Under the pieces are notes generated by a model, which was given only the letters and a program-made list of their open reading frames with translations, made no database searches and was not told where the DNA came from. 64,000 nt of DNA from NCBI GenBank assembly GCA_964016885.1, contig OZ024750.1, forward strand, positions 9,362,001 through 9,426,000. The letters are read 5' to 3'. Both the position numbers and the translations under genes were made by a program. Below, piece after piece: positions 1 to 12,449 of this stretch. This DNA comes from Eledone cirrhosa (taxonomy: Eukaryota). The first letter of the stretch is position 1; each line of letters starts with the position of its first letter.

Positions 1-118
1 TGAGTCCAAACCCCGCCGAGGTCAACTTTGCCTTTCATCCTTACGGGGGTCGATAAAATAAAGTACCAGTAATGTACTGGGTAATTGCTGGCCTTGTGCC
101 AAAATTTGAAACAATTGT
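1..118 (+). mobile_element. tRNA-derived SINE family A (cut by window edge)
   Basis: Family core gaggttaactttgcctttcatccttacggggtcgataaaataaagtaccag and tail gctggccttgtgcc. Confidence 0.9.
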
Positions 119-565
119 ATCTCTCCATTATCTGTCCATCTGTCTGTTTGTCTATCTGTCTCTCCATCTGTCTATCTGTTTTCCTGCCTATCTGTCCATC
201 CAATCATCCTCCTATCTCTCCATCTATCCATCACTCCATCTGTCTGTCTGTCTGTCTATCACCATCATGGTCGCCATTTTACATCCTGATTTCTATGTTG
301 GTATGAATCAGACAAGTTGTCCCATTCTGAGACTCAACAGGGGCAGGGGTGACTGACCACAGGGGTGACTGACCACACTTTGCTCATCTCATAAGTTTCA
401 GTTTGGCGAGGTTTCAATGGTCAGATGTCCTTCCTAATGCAACCACTTTACAGGGTGTACTAGGTGCATTTTGTTGTGGTACTGGTACTATCACTTTCCA
501 GTGTGTGTTTATATTTGTGTATAATTGATATATATTTTATATGTATAGATTAAACCTAATTATAG

Positions 566-625
<60 letters not shown>

Positions 626-984
626 CAAGTTTAATATAGAAATGGCTTCTACAAGACAAGAACTGTTTCATTAAAAAAAGTTCTAGTCGTGTAGTCATTT
701 CTATATTAAACTTGATGTTTACACTCTACTAATGTATTGAGTACCTTACTAACTGTGGTTACCCCTGATGGAACCCAGGACTTACATATATATACATATA
801 TTTAATACATTAACAGAGAAAGCTTTAAGCGATACTCAGACCAACTCCATCTCACTCAACAAACATTAGGATATACCTAAGTATAATCCCAATTAAGTGT
901 TTGGGGTGCTAACTATACAGTATTCCGTGGATAGTTGGTTGTATTATTTTATATGAGACATAATTAAATAAATCTCTCTTTCCT

Positions 985-1103
985 TCCATACGATCATTTC
1001 GTTATAAGATTTCTACAAGTTGGGATAATGTCCAGGTTATGTAGAAACTTGTATATAATCCATAGATATACACACAAGCGGGCCCTTATAACTCATCAGT
1101 GGA
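985..1103 (-). ncRNA. Type I hammerhead ribozyme motif with large branched stem II insert
   Basis: Minus strand: UCCA-CUGAUGA-GUUAUAAG-(76 nt, two internal hairpins)-CUUAUAAC-GAAAU-GAUC-GUA-UGGA. Core CUGAnGA/GAAA intact, 8-bp stem II, 4-bp stem I, palindromic GAUC loop III, GUA cleavage triplet. Confidence 0.75.
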
Positions 1104-2044
1104 TGCCCATGCAATATCGATATAAAAACTACATCGATATTAATAATTATTGATGGTCTCTGTCAGTGCTAGAAGGACAGCTAAGTTTGAAAAGCCAGTA
1201 GTCCTTTTACATATACAATGATATTAAAAAAAGCCATATTTATTCTATTCTACATATTTCAAGGGTATCAAAATTTGGTATGCTATCATCAGATAAAATA
1301 CAAAGTGTGTTTTATAAATTTTGACATAACCAAGGAGAATATACCTTAACGGTTCAAGTTATCCTTTATACTCCAGAAAACTTGTTGAGTGCTCTGAATC
1401 AGTTATAAACATTTATATTTGTTGAATTACCAACAAATTTAATACCCCTTCTGCTTATATATACATATATTAATGTGTGTGTGTGTATGTCTTCCTGTTT
1501 GTGTGTATGTGTCTCTTCCTGTTTGTATGTGTGTGTGTGTATGTGTTCCTGTTTGTATATGTGTGTATGTATGTATTCCTGTTTGTATATGTGTATATAT
1601 ATGTGTGTGTGTGTGTGTGTGAGCCAGTTAATTCATGTGAGATAAAGAAGGATTATATACCGCAACCTACCATTCTATTTGGCCAGTTCTCCAGTCAACT
1701 GTAGTAATCATCAGGCCGGAATAGAATAACTATATGTATCACATATCATTGATTATAATTATGACAGATTATAATCATTAACTGTCATGCATCAACGGAT
1801 CTTCATTTCATTTACTTTCTTTATTTAAAATTATGGTAGAGGAGGAGCAGATGATAGGGAGTTCCTTTCTATAAGAGAAGCCATACACCTAGGCTTTATT
1901 ATTAAATGCTTGAGTGATATTTTAACATTGCCCTTGAGCTGTAGATGGTCTCTCTTTTGTTTCTCAATTTCTAAATATGCTTTGAAAGCATATCCGTTTT
2001 CTTTTACTCCCTGTAAACTTCACTCTTGGCAGTGACTTCCCAGT

Positions 2045-3152
2045 AATCAGTAGAGCATCAAACAACATGCTTTGTGGCCCTTTATGTTCTGAGTTCAAAT
2101 CCCGCCTTTCATCTTTACAGGGTCAATAATAACAATAATTGTTTCTACGTTAGGCACAAGGCGAGCAATTACCCAGTGCATTACTGGTACTTTATTTTAT
2201 CGACCCCGTAAGGATGAAAGGCAAAGTTAACCTTGGCGGGATTTGAACTCAGAATGGCAAGGGCCGTAACTCTATACGTCAAAGCATGGCGTCCGACCCT
2301 CTACCAATACTGCCAATCCACCGCCCTTATAATAACAATAATGGTTTCTACTTTAGGCACAAGGCCAGAAATTTGAAGGGGAGGGGAAAGTCGATTAAAT
2401 CAACCCCAGTGTATTACTGGTACTTTATTTTATTGACCCAGTAAGGATGAAAAGTAAAGCTAACCTTGGTGGGATTTGAACTCAGAATGTAAAGGGCAGT
2501 AACTCTATGTTGCAAATCATGTTGTCTGGTGCTCTACCTATCCACTGCCCTAGGGTCAATAACAATAAAGTAAGAGTAAAGAACTGGAGTTGATTGACAT
2601 TCTTAGAAACCCCTATTACCAGTGGATTGGCAGCAATCGGTAGAGCATCGGACAACATGCTTGTGGCATATAGTTATGATGCTTTACTTATAGAGTTGAT
2701 AAAATAAAGTACCAGTAATGCACTGGGGGGTCAATTTAATTGACTTTCCCCTCTTCCAAAATTGTTGGGCTCGTGCTTAAATCAGAAACCATTATTATCA
2801 TTATCACATTATGATTATCACAAGGCGGTGGATTGGCAGTATCGGTAGAGGGTCGGATGCCATGCTTTGCAGGATAGTTACGTCCCTTTACGGTCTGAGT
2901 TCAAATCCCACCAAGGTTGACTTTGCCTTTCATCCTTACGGAGTCGTTAAAATAAAGTACCAGTAATGTACTGAATAATTGCTGGCCTTGTGCCAAAAGT
3001 AGAAACAATTATTATCATTATCACTGTTACACCTTTCATCGTTACTGGGTCGATAAAATAAAGTACCAGTCACGCACTGGGGCCGATTTAATCGATTTTC
3101 CCCTTCCCCCCAAAAATTGCTACCCTTGTGCCTATATAAGAAACCATTATCA
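2045..3152. mobile_element. Cluster of about 6 SINE A copies, nested and inverted
   Basis: + partial 2045-2130; - 2137-2326 and 2340-2550; + 2620-2795 and 2823-3012; - partial 3045-3152. Pol III A box (tggcagtatcggtaga) and B box (gagttcaaatccc). Confidence 0.9.
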
Positions 3153-3344
3153 TCATACATGAAGACTGGGTCATTGAATCTACTGACAACAGATTCATGG
3201 TGTAAGCCTCTATTAATTCCCCGAGAGCCTTTCTTTAGGCGAGGCTAAAGTTTGGTTTTTATACCACTATAGGAAGAAAGAGATTGCAAATGAGAGGTGT
3301 AATCATGCATCAAATATCTAGATATAATGCGATCGAGATCGAGA

Positions 3345-3598
3345 TCGTGTAGGTGTCACGAGAAAAAACACACAGTCCACGCTGTAATGTGGCCGTGTAG
3401 GTAACACGGTAAAAAGTTCCTAGTCCACACTGTAAATGTGGTTGGTGTTAGGAAGGACATCCAGCCATAGAAAACCTGCCAGATAGTCCTATATGAGCAA
3501 GACACGGTCACCCGACCAACCTTGCCTCAAATTGGGACAACTCCCGTCTAACCCATGCTAGCATGGAAGATGATAAACGATGATGATGATGATGATGA
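3345..3598 (+). mobile_element. RTE 3'UTR-derived repeat (family C)
   Basis: cacactgtaaatgtggttggtgttaggaaggacatccagcc...ccgtctaacccatgctagcatggaaga...(GAT)n; homologous to 22216-22710 and 46420-46750. Confidence 0.75.
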
Positions 3599-3962
3599 AT
3601 GCCTGTGTGTGAAGCACAGTGTTGCATGATACTGAAACTTGTTACAATAATAGAAGCAATAGAATTATTGCAACAACCATAAATATACAAAATGCATTCA
3701 ATGAGCATATCTTAACTATGTACATTAATTATGTATAGATATGCAAATTTACTCTATAACTATCTTTTAAATGCATCTCATTAGTAGAGAGAATTATTGA
3801 AACAGCTTTCATCATTCTACATGTCTCTGCTATCAGTATTAAATGCTCATCTTTGCTGCAGGATCTAATTACAGTGATTGCACCATTTAATGATATAACA
3901 GATGCACATGTGTGTGCACATATGCACATTTATATGCTTATATATATATATATATACTCAAT

Positions 3963-3999
<37 letters not shown>

Positions 4000-4005
<6 letters not shown>

Positions 4006-4152
4006 AAAGGTAAACAGAAATAACAACACAATTGGTACAGTATATGGAAGGAATATGCTTGATATAGCAGGAAGAGGGTCTTAACGTTTCGGACGCTAGT
4101 CCTTCATCAGAAGAAAGAAAGAAAAATTAGAAAGATTGAAGGCACGGGGACA

Positions 4153-4153
<1 letters not shown>
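4000..4153 (-). mobile_element. Short hammerhead-bearing element (family H1) in (TA)n; ribozyme at 4079-4114
   Basis: Reverse complement of 42362-42525. Contains UCUU-CUGAUGA-A-GGAC-UAGC-GUCC-GAAACGUU-AAGA. Flanked by (TA)n on both sides. Confidence 0.8.
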
Positions 4154-4200
<47 letters not shown>

Positions 4201-4524
4201 ATGCTAGTGTGGAAGATAGACGATAGAGGATAGTCAATATATATATATAGATATATATACACTCATATACATATATATATAGATGTATGCACACATATAT
4301 ACATACACACACATATATATATAGCATGGGTTAGATGGGTTTGTACCACTTGCTTCTAAATGGGAGAAACCCATCTAACCCATGCTAGCATGGAAGATAG
4401 ACATTAATCGATGATGATGATATCATCATCATCATCATCATCATCAACGTTTAACGTCCGTGTTCCACGCTTGCATGGGTTTGGACGGGGGTATATATAT
4501 ATAAAACCTAAGCTAGCATGGAAA

Positions 4525-4713
4525 ATATCCACCCAGAATTCTCTCACCTCTTTCTGCTCAAACTGGCTGTAACCAACTTGTCATACTGATGTTAAGGTCT
4601 TGTTCTCAAAATAAATAATACCAAAATCTCATAAATTCGATATTATGTGAGATAAAGCCTTTTCCGGAAAATACAATAGTATATATAGAGTAATGTAAAT
4701 GCTAAAGAGTTAA
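4525..4713. mobile_element. piggyBac-type MITE, partial
   Basis: Body matches 19360-19550 and ends taaatgctaaagag-TTAA. Confidence 0.75.
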
Positions 4714-5210
4714 AGAGTTAATCTTTGAATAACTCAAAATATTGGTAGAGATAGTTTCTTAAGCATTTGATACATTGATGTCTGGTAAAATGGACAATTC
4801 AAATATAAATGAAAAGAAATTACAAAAAGTAAAAACAAAAAAATACTACAAAATATTATCTTGAATTTTATTTCATTGTTTTATCTTTATATTTTTATAT
4901 GTAGTATGTGATTTTTGAGTTTTAATTGTTTATTTCTAAATGAACAATTCAGGTGAATTGTTAAAAATCAATGTTAAATCATCAGGGATTTGGTTATGTA
5001 TAAAAAGTAAAATAATTTGTTAGGAACATATATGAACATATATATTGAATTTCACTGATTGAAATGGTATATTGTATATATATGTAAGTATGCATGTATG
5101 TACGTGTGTATATATATATGCATCATCATTTGTTGTTGTGCTCATAAATATATATATATAGCAGGGAAAGTGGATGTTAAAATGAAGAAGATATATATAG
5201 ATACATATAG

Positions 5211-5264
<54 letters not shown>

Positions 5265-5397
5265 AATTGAATTGAGATTAAAAAGTACATGGAATAAATG
5301 AGAATTAATCAAATGTTGTAAATAAGAAAGTTATAAATATGTTTCTTCTCTTACAGAACAATGAACAAAGAGACTCTCATAAATACATACAACTATC

Positions 5398-5439
<42 letters not shown>

Positions 5440-7469
5440 TAACAATAATGTAGAAAATAATGTGATTATATTATTGCATTGAAATAAATTCTTGGCATAT
5501 TGAAGAAGAAAAGAAATACATTAAAATCTAAAATCTAAAATAGAAATTTGGCCATTTTTTGAGATTAAAAAAGAGAGACAAATTATGTTTTATTTTCATT
5601 CATATTCTCCAATGAAAGTTCAAATAAAACTTTGACATGAAGCATAGGGATCTATTTACGTCAGCTAAAAATAAATAGAGAATCGTTTATATATATATAT
5701 ATATATAATCATCATCATCATCGTTTAACATCCATTTTTCTACGCCAGCATGGGTGAGATGAGTTGTCCTGTTGTGAACTGATTTTGGCTTGGTTTTCCA
5801 AGTATTATACCGGATATGTATAAAACAGGATATGTATAAAATAGCAAGAGAAGTGTTTTGTTGTTTAGACCTGTATCGTCCATGATGGGTAGATCAACAA
5901 TCAAAAATATTCCAGGTTAACCCATCTCACTTTTTGGTATAGACTACTTTGTATTTAGAAATATTGGGTGTAAAGTTTTCCTGAGACATTCTAACCTCAT
6001 GCCCATAGTATTGGAGCTAAAATGTCTTTTCAGAGATTCTTTCCTGAGACATTCTAGAAATAAACTTTACATTGCCTGCAAACCTCACTTCCTTTCTTTT
6101 GCTTCTAATTTTCTTTCTTTTTCTCTTTCCATCTCTCTCCCTCTTTTTTCATTCCATTGCTACCTATTCTTCTTCCTTACACCTACCCCCACCCCTATAT
6201 CTTTGGCTGTTTCGATACGAGGGGCCTCATTTCTCATGTCTGTCTAATGCTCTAACACTTGTGACAATTCACCATTGTTGTGGTTTAGTCAAAGGTTAGT
6301 CAGTCGTGCTATCTGTGTAAACCTGCCATCAAAGGTGTTTTCATCATCACCATCCCATCCCATTCTTCTTTTGATCATTGGGAATATATTATTTAAGATA
6401 CCCCCAATGGGGTTGTAAAGACCAAAATAGTAATAAATAATTGAGAGTACAAAATCCTTATGCTATATCGGAAGTAGTTATGCTCTGTAAGAAGGAAGTG
6501 TGTTTATAGGAAATTGTAACTGTTTGCTCAATGTTAGCAAAGGATACACAAAAATCTCTCCACTGAATCTTGGCAAACTGACAAGGAACTACAATTTTAG
6601 AATTCCTAAATATATAAGAACTTTTATCAACAAGGGCAACTATAAAATGATACTTCTGTTGGGGGAATAATATTTAATGTTCAGAACATATAAATCTTTC
6701 AGCAAAATGGTAATATTTAGCGATATAAATCCAGATATAACTTGCCTATAAATAAAAATAAGAAAAGAAAAAAATGGATGTATATATTTAACCCCCTAAT
6801 ATTGCGCTTGCTCGCCAGTCTTATTATGTTTGAAACATTTTCATTGGTGATAAACATAAACTGTTAATGTAATTTTTATTTACATAAATATTTTATATAA
6901 TAAACAGGAGGAGAGAAAATTGAAAAAAGGGAAAGAAAGAGACTATAAAAACAGTATATATCAGCTTCACCTTACAAATATAAATCAGATACTACATGGA
7001 GAAAAAGTAAATACACATTCAGTTTGAAGTTCCATATAATCTTGTACTTGTATTGTCAAAATTCCCTGGTTTTATATCATTGAAGATATACTATATAGAT
7101 TTGATTCCTGTTTCACATACTGGCTTAGTTTGAAAGAGAAGAAATACACATTCAGTTTAAAGGTCTATATAATCTTGTACTTGTATTTTCAAAATTCCCT
7201 GGTTTTATATCATGGAAGATATACTATATAGATTTGAAAGGAAGAGGTGTAATATTTTGAAACAATGTTTTACAAGATTCTTTCTAAACCATTAGACAAT
7301 TCCTCTTCCCCATCGAAAAATAATTTATACAAGAAATAGAATGACTCAGACAGTTAATTATTCTAGAAACAGACATTATAAAAGAAAACCTCAACTAATG
7401 CTTATAGATTCTTTGTGTTATTTAAAAAAATGTTTTACCTACATTCTAAACTGAAGACCATGAATTTCT

Positions 7470-7925
7470 CAGATGGCTCACTTGAAGTTATAGATAGATA
7501 AATTCTATATAATTCGATCTCAATCCAATTTTAAGGAACCGTCATTTGCAGGACTCCAGTAAATTACAGTTTTTCTTCCCTTAGTTTCTTCTTCGCCATT
7601 TTGAAGCCTTTCCCTTGTTTCACAATTTTTTCTGTTGTTCTGAGATTGCAAGGGCTTTCTCATTTCTTTTGGATATTTTATTAAGTTCTTCTGCTTCAAT
7701 ATTTTCTCTGGCTGTTGGCAACGTTTTGAGGTTTCTCTGTTTTTCGATGAGATTCTTTGTTTCTTTTGAGAACTTGCTGGCTTTTTTGTTTTTGGTCTTC
7801 CACACTTTGGCTGCTGCTGTGGGTGGTTTAATAATATTATTGTCCAAATCAGTGATGGTGAAGTCATTGTTCTTCAGATTTCTTTGTTCTTCTAGAATTG
7901 TAATTTCAGTTTTGTAGTTCTAATT
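7470..7925 (-). mobile_element. Decayed LINE ORF fragment (endonuclease-RT linker, RTE-like)
   Basis: Basic helical peptide SKFSKETKNLIEKQRNLK...EAEELNKISKR with frameshifts; collinear on the minus strand with the endonuclease fragment at 9.3-9.6 kb. Confidence 0.55.
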
Positions 7926-9111
7926 AGAATTCTTGGATAGTTGATATATATACAGCCAGTTGGGGTTGTTTTATGAAGAAGTAGAATGGATGAAGTTAAA
8001 AAGACAGTATGTCATGAAAGAGAAAGTGGCACATTGTTTAAAGCTATTCTGTGTAAAATGGTGACAATAATGATAATGATGAGTAGCAAATAATTGGCTG
8101 CTATTTCTAGTAAATAGTGTAGCTCTCTGTATAACCACAACCAGTAGCATGTTATATAAAAGGTCTTTACCCAACAAGAGAATATTGTCATATTGTTTGG
8201 CAGTATTAATTATATAATCCTAATTACACCATGGTACCAGAAAATAATACATACCTAATTATTTTTCCCACTGGGCACTTAATTTCTTTTTTTTTTTTAT
8301 GTTTGATTTAAGTATGTAAGATATTTAGTTTAAATACCTGCACAAACACTCTATTTAATAAATCTGACAAAGATAATAGAGCTATTAATTCCATTTAATA
8401 ACTCTGATAAACATAGCAGAGTCATTAACTTTATTTAATAACTCTGCAAATATATATTTTATATTCAAGCCTGGTTTACCTGTCACTGAACAGAAATTAA
8501 TCTTTTTTATGTTTAGTTAGCTACACAGCTAAGTAGGAACAAGACCCATAACTTTTATGTGTTTTCCCAGACTGATGAGGATAATACAGGTGAGGTTCAA
8601 ATTAATTATCTTGACGTTGTTCACTACAGAAATGTGAGGGATATGAAATTTCTGAAGAGAAAGGAAGTATTGGGTAACATTTTTAGAGGAGGATTTGGGG
8701 TATGAGACACAATAAAATCAAAGAAACTAAGACAGACAATTAAATTGAGTCTGTTTGGATGGAAGGCAGAGGAAATAGTTAGTCTATAGTAGCCTTTCTT
8801 AACCTTTTTACACTTGTGGAACCCTTGAAATAATGTTCATGTCTCGCAGAACCCCTGCATAAAAATTATTATATACCAAGGACTGTTAACTTCATCATGT
8901 AGTTCTAGTAGTTTTGATGGAAAAGGTTGGTTAAGAACTTCATTAAAGTGGTCTATCAATCAGAGTGAGGTATTTTTCTTGCTTTGTTCTTGACTGGAAC
9001 CGAGGTGATTGGTCGTGATCCCATCAAATCTCTTACAATATTGTGAAGGGACCTGACATCATTCCTATATTATTTGCAGAAACCATTTATATAAGGATAT
9101 CCTATCCTTTT

Positions 9112-9262
9112 GTGCTCTTAGTTCAAATCCAGCAAGGTTAGCTTTACCTTTCATACTTACAGGGTCAATAAAATAAAGTACCAGTATCACACTGGGGTTA
9201 ATTTAATCAACTTTCCCCTCCCCAAAAATTGTTGGCCTTGTGCCTAAATCAGAAACCATTAT
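9112..9262 (+). mobile_element. SINE A, 5'-truncated
   Basis: gttcaaatcc...tttcatacttacagggtcaataaaataaagtaccag...ggccttgtgcctaaatcagaaaccattat. Confidence 0.85.
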
Positions 9263-9269
9263 AATTAGT

Positions 9270-9620
9270 TGTATTTTCAGATCCATGTATTCCATGGTTT
9301 CCATTCCTTCACATGATCCACCAATTTGTGTATTAAATTCTCCAAGGGAGACTTTAATATCATTTCAAGATATTTATTTGACAGAGTATTGTAACATCTT
9401 AAAGAATTCCTCTTTATCAACCTCACCAGCTTCCATAGTGGGAGCATGTGCTTGAATTATGGTAACTTTGGTGTACATTGTCTAAAGGTGAGCAGTAATT
9501 AAGCATTCACTAATTAGCTTCTATCCAATCAATGATTCCACAGCTGCCTTATTCAAGCAAATACCAACACCTAGGACATGATCTTTTGGGAAATTTGAAT
9601 ACTTTATTGTAATACAGTTG
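9270..9620 (-). mobile_element. Decayed APE-endonuclease region of an RTE-like LINE
   Basis: Translation GVGICLNKAAVESLIG*KLISECLITAHL*TMYTKVTIIQAHAPTMEAGEVDKEEFFKMLQ...GEFNTQIG, matching GVG, YAPT and GDFNA motifs, with stops. Confidence 0.85.
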
Positions 9621-9736
9621 ATTGGCAGTTTCCTATTACCCACTCTACTACACTAAGTATCGAGTACTCTGGTACGTTATGGTCCACCTGGTTTCTTACC
9701 ACACTTTATTTGTTATATATATATATATATATATAT

Positions 9737-9862
9737 TGGCAGTACTAGGAGATTGCTGAACAACATGCTTCGTAGCATAGAGTTATGGCACTTTACGTTC
9801 TGATTTCAAATCCTGCAGAGGTTAGCTTTGTATTTCCTCCTTGCAGGGTCGATAAAATAAAG
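9737..9862 (+). mobile_element. SINE A, 3'-truncated and diverged
   Basis: tggcagtact...catgcttcgtagcatagagttatggc...agggtcgataaaataaag. Confidence 0.75.
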
Positions 9863-9964
9863 CACAAGGGAAAAGCAGACATAAAATGAAAAATGATGAT
9901 ATATATATGTATATACACATAAATATATATATATATACACACTCATAAATATATATATATATAT

Positions 9965-10041
<77 letters not shown>

Positions 10042-10107
10042 CACACACATAAATATATATATATATACACACCCATAAATATATGTATAATATATATATA
10101 TATGATG

Positions 10108-10432
10108 AAGGCACATGGCTTAGTGGTTAGGGAATTGGCCTTGCAATCGAAAGGTTGTGAGTTCAATTCTCAGACCAGGTGATGTGTTGTTTCCTTGAGC
10201 AAGAGACTTTATTTCACATTGCTCCAGTTTACTCAGCTGTAGAAATGAGATGATAGGGACTGGGGTCCATATCATTCCACTGCAAAGTGGTCGTGGAGGT
10301 GCCACGGCAAAAAAGCACCCAGCACTCACTGTAAATGAGGTTGGTGTTAGGAAGGGCATCCAGCTGTAGAAATCAAGCCAGAATCAGTTCCCGTCCCACC
10401 CTTGCAAGCAGGGAAAAGTGGACGTAAAAATG
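10108..10432 (+). mobile_element. CORE-like tRNA SINE family B, full length
   Basis: Head ggcacatggcttagtggttag...gagttcaattctc, CORE-like tgtttccttgagcaagagacttta, RTE-type tail ending ggacgtaaaaatga. Confidence 0.9.
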
Positions 10433-10600
10433 ATTATGATTATGATTATGATGATATATATATACACACACATAAATATATATATATATATATATATACA
10501 TATACACACACACATATATATACACACACACATAAATATATATATATATACACACCCATAAATATATAATATATATATATATATATATACACACACATAA

Positions 10601-10631
<31 letters not shown>

Positions 10632-10887
10632 CACACACACATATATATACACACACACATAAATATATATATATATATATACACAAAAAAAAATATATAT
10701 ATATATACATACACATATACATAAATATATGTTTGTGTGTGTACATGTGTGTATGTGTGCACGTGTAAGCCTAGCAGTTGTGATACCTCTCTGCCTAAGA
10801 AATAAATAAATAAATAAAAGCCAAAATCGAAATGGAAGAACAGTCTAACCTGATTCTCCTCCAATGAATTATCAGAGTTCCATAGTT

Positions 10888-12400
10888 CCACCACCACCAC
10901 TGCCTTCACCACCACCACTACTGCCACCCCCACCACTACCTTCACCACCACCACTACTGCCACCACCACCACTACCTTCACCACCACAAACATCATCTCC
11001 ACCACTACTACTGCCACCACCACCACCACCACCACCACTGCCTTCACCACCACCACCACTGCCTTCACCACCACCACTACTGCCACCACCACCACTACCT
11101 TCACCACCACAAACATCATCTCCACCACTACTACTGCCACCACCACCACCACCACCACCACTACCTTCACCACCACCACTACTGCCACCACCACTACCTT
11201 CACCACCACCACCACTACCTTCACCACCACAAACATCATCTCCACCACTACTACTGCCACCACCACCACCACCACCACTACCTTCACCACCACCACTACT
11301 GCCACCACCACTGCCTTCACCACCACAAACATCATCTCCACCACTACTACTGCCACCACCACCACCACCACTACCTTCACCACCACCACTACTGCCACCA
11401 CCACTACCTTCACCACCACAAACATCATATCCACCACCACTACCTTCACCACCACCACTACTTTCACCACTACCTTCACCATCACCACAAACATCATCCC
11501 CACCACCACCACCACTGCCACCACTACCTTCACCACCACAAACATCATCTCCACCACCACTTCCTTCACCACTACCTTCACCACCACCACTACTGCCACC
11601 ACCACTATCTTCACTACCACCACTACTACCTTCATCACCACCGCAAACATCATCCCCACCACCACCACTACCTTCACCACCACCACTACCACCACAAACA
11701 TCATCCCCACCACCACCACTACCTTCACCATCACCACTACCACCACAAACATCATCCCCATCACCACCACTACCTTCACCACCACCACTACCACCACAAA
11801 CATCATCCCCATCACCACCACTACCTTCACCACCACCACTACCACCACAAACATCATCCCCACCACCACCACCACCACTACTGCCACCACTACCTTCACC
11901 ACTATCACCACAAACATCATCCCCACCACCACCACTACCTTCACCACCACCACTACCTTCACCACCACCACTGCCTTCACCACTACCACCACAAACATCA
12001 TCCCCACCACCACCACTACCTTCACCACCACCACTACCACCACAAACATCATCCCCACCACCACCACCACCACTACTGCCACCACTACCTTCACCACTAT
12101 CACCACAAACATCATCCCCACCACCACCACTACCTTCACCACCACCACTACCTTCACCACCACCACTGCCTTCACCACTACCACCACAAACATCATCCCC
12201 ACCACCACTACTACCTTCACCACCACCACAAACATCATCCCCACCACCACCACCACTACTGCCACCACTACCTTCACCACTACTACCACCACCACCACTA
12301 CTGCCACCACTACCTTCACCACTACTGCCACCACCACCACTACTGCCACCACTACCTTCACCACCACAAACATCAGCCCCACCACCACCACCACTACTTC
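10888..12400. repeat. CCA-based higher-order satellite
   Basis: (CCA)n interspersed with recurring ctaccttca, ctactg and caaacatcatcc modules. Confidence 0.95.
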
Positions 12401-12449
12401 CTTCCCTCATCCCCTCTTTCAATGCTCTTGTTCTCCCACCTCCATAATA

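Noticed and set aside
1245-1295. Second hammerhead-like motif CTGATGA...GAAATATGTA on the minus strand
   Set aside because: Stem II has several mismatches and stem I does not pair; at best a decayed relic.
10108-10180. tRNA gene
   Set aside because: tRNA-like SINE head with A/B boxes but continuing into CORE and tail; no acceptor stem closure.
10120-10359. Recurrent 79-aa ORF MPFLTPTSFTVSAGCFF... in several places
   Set aside because: Antisense reading of SINE B; it recurs because the SINE is young.
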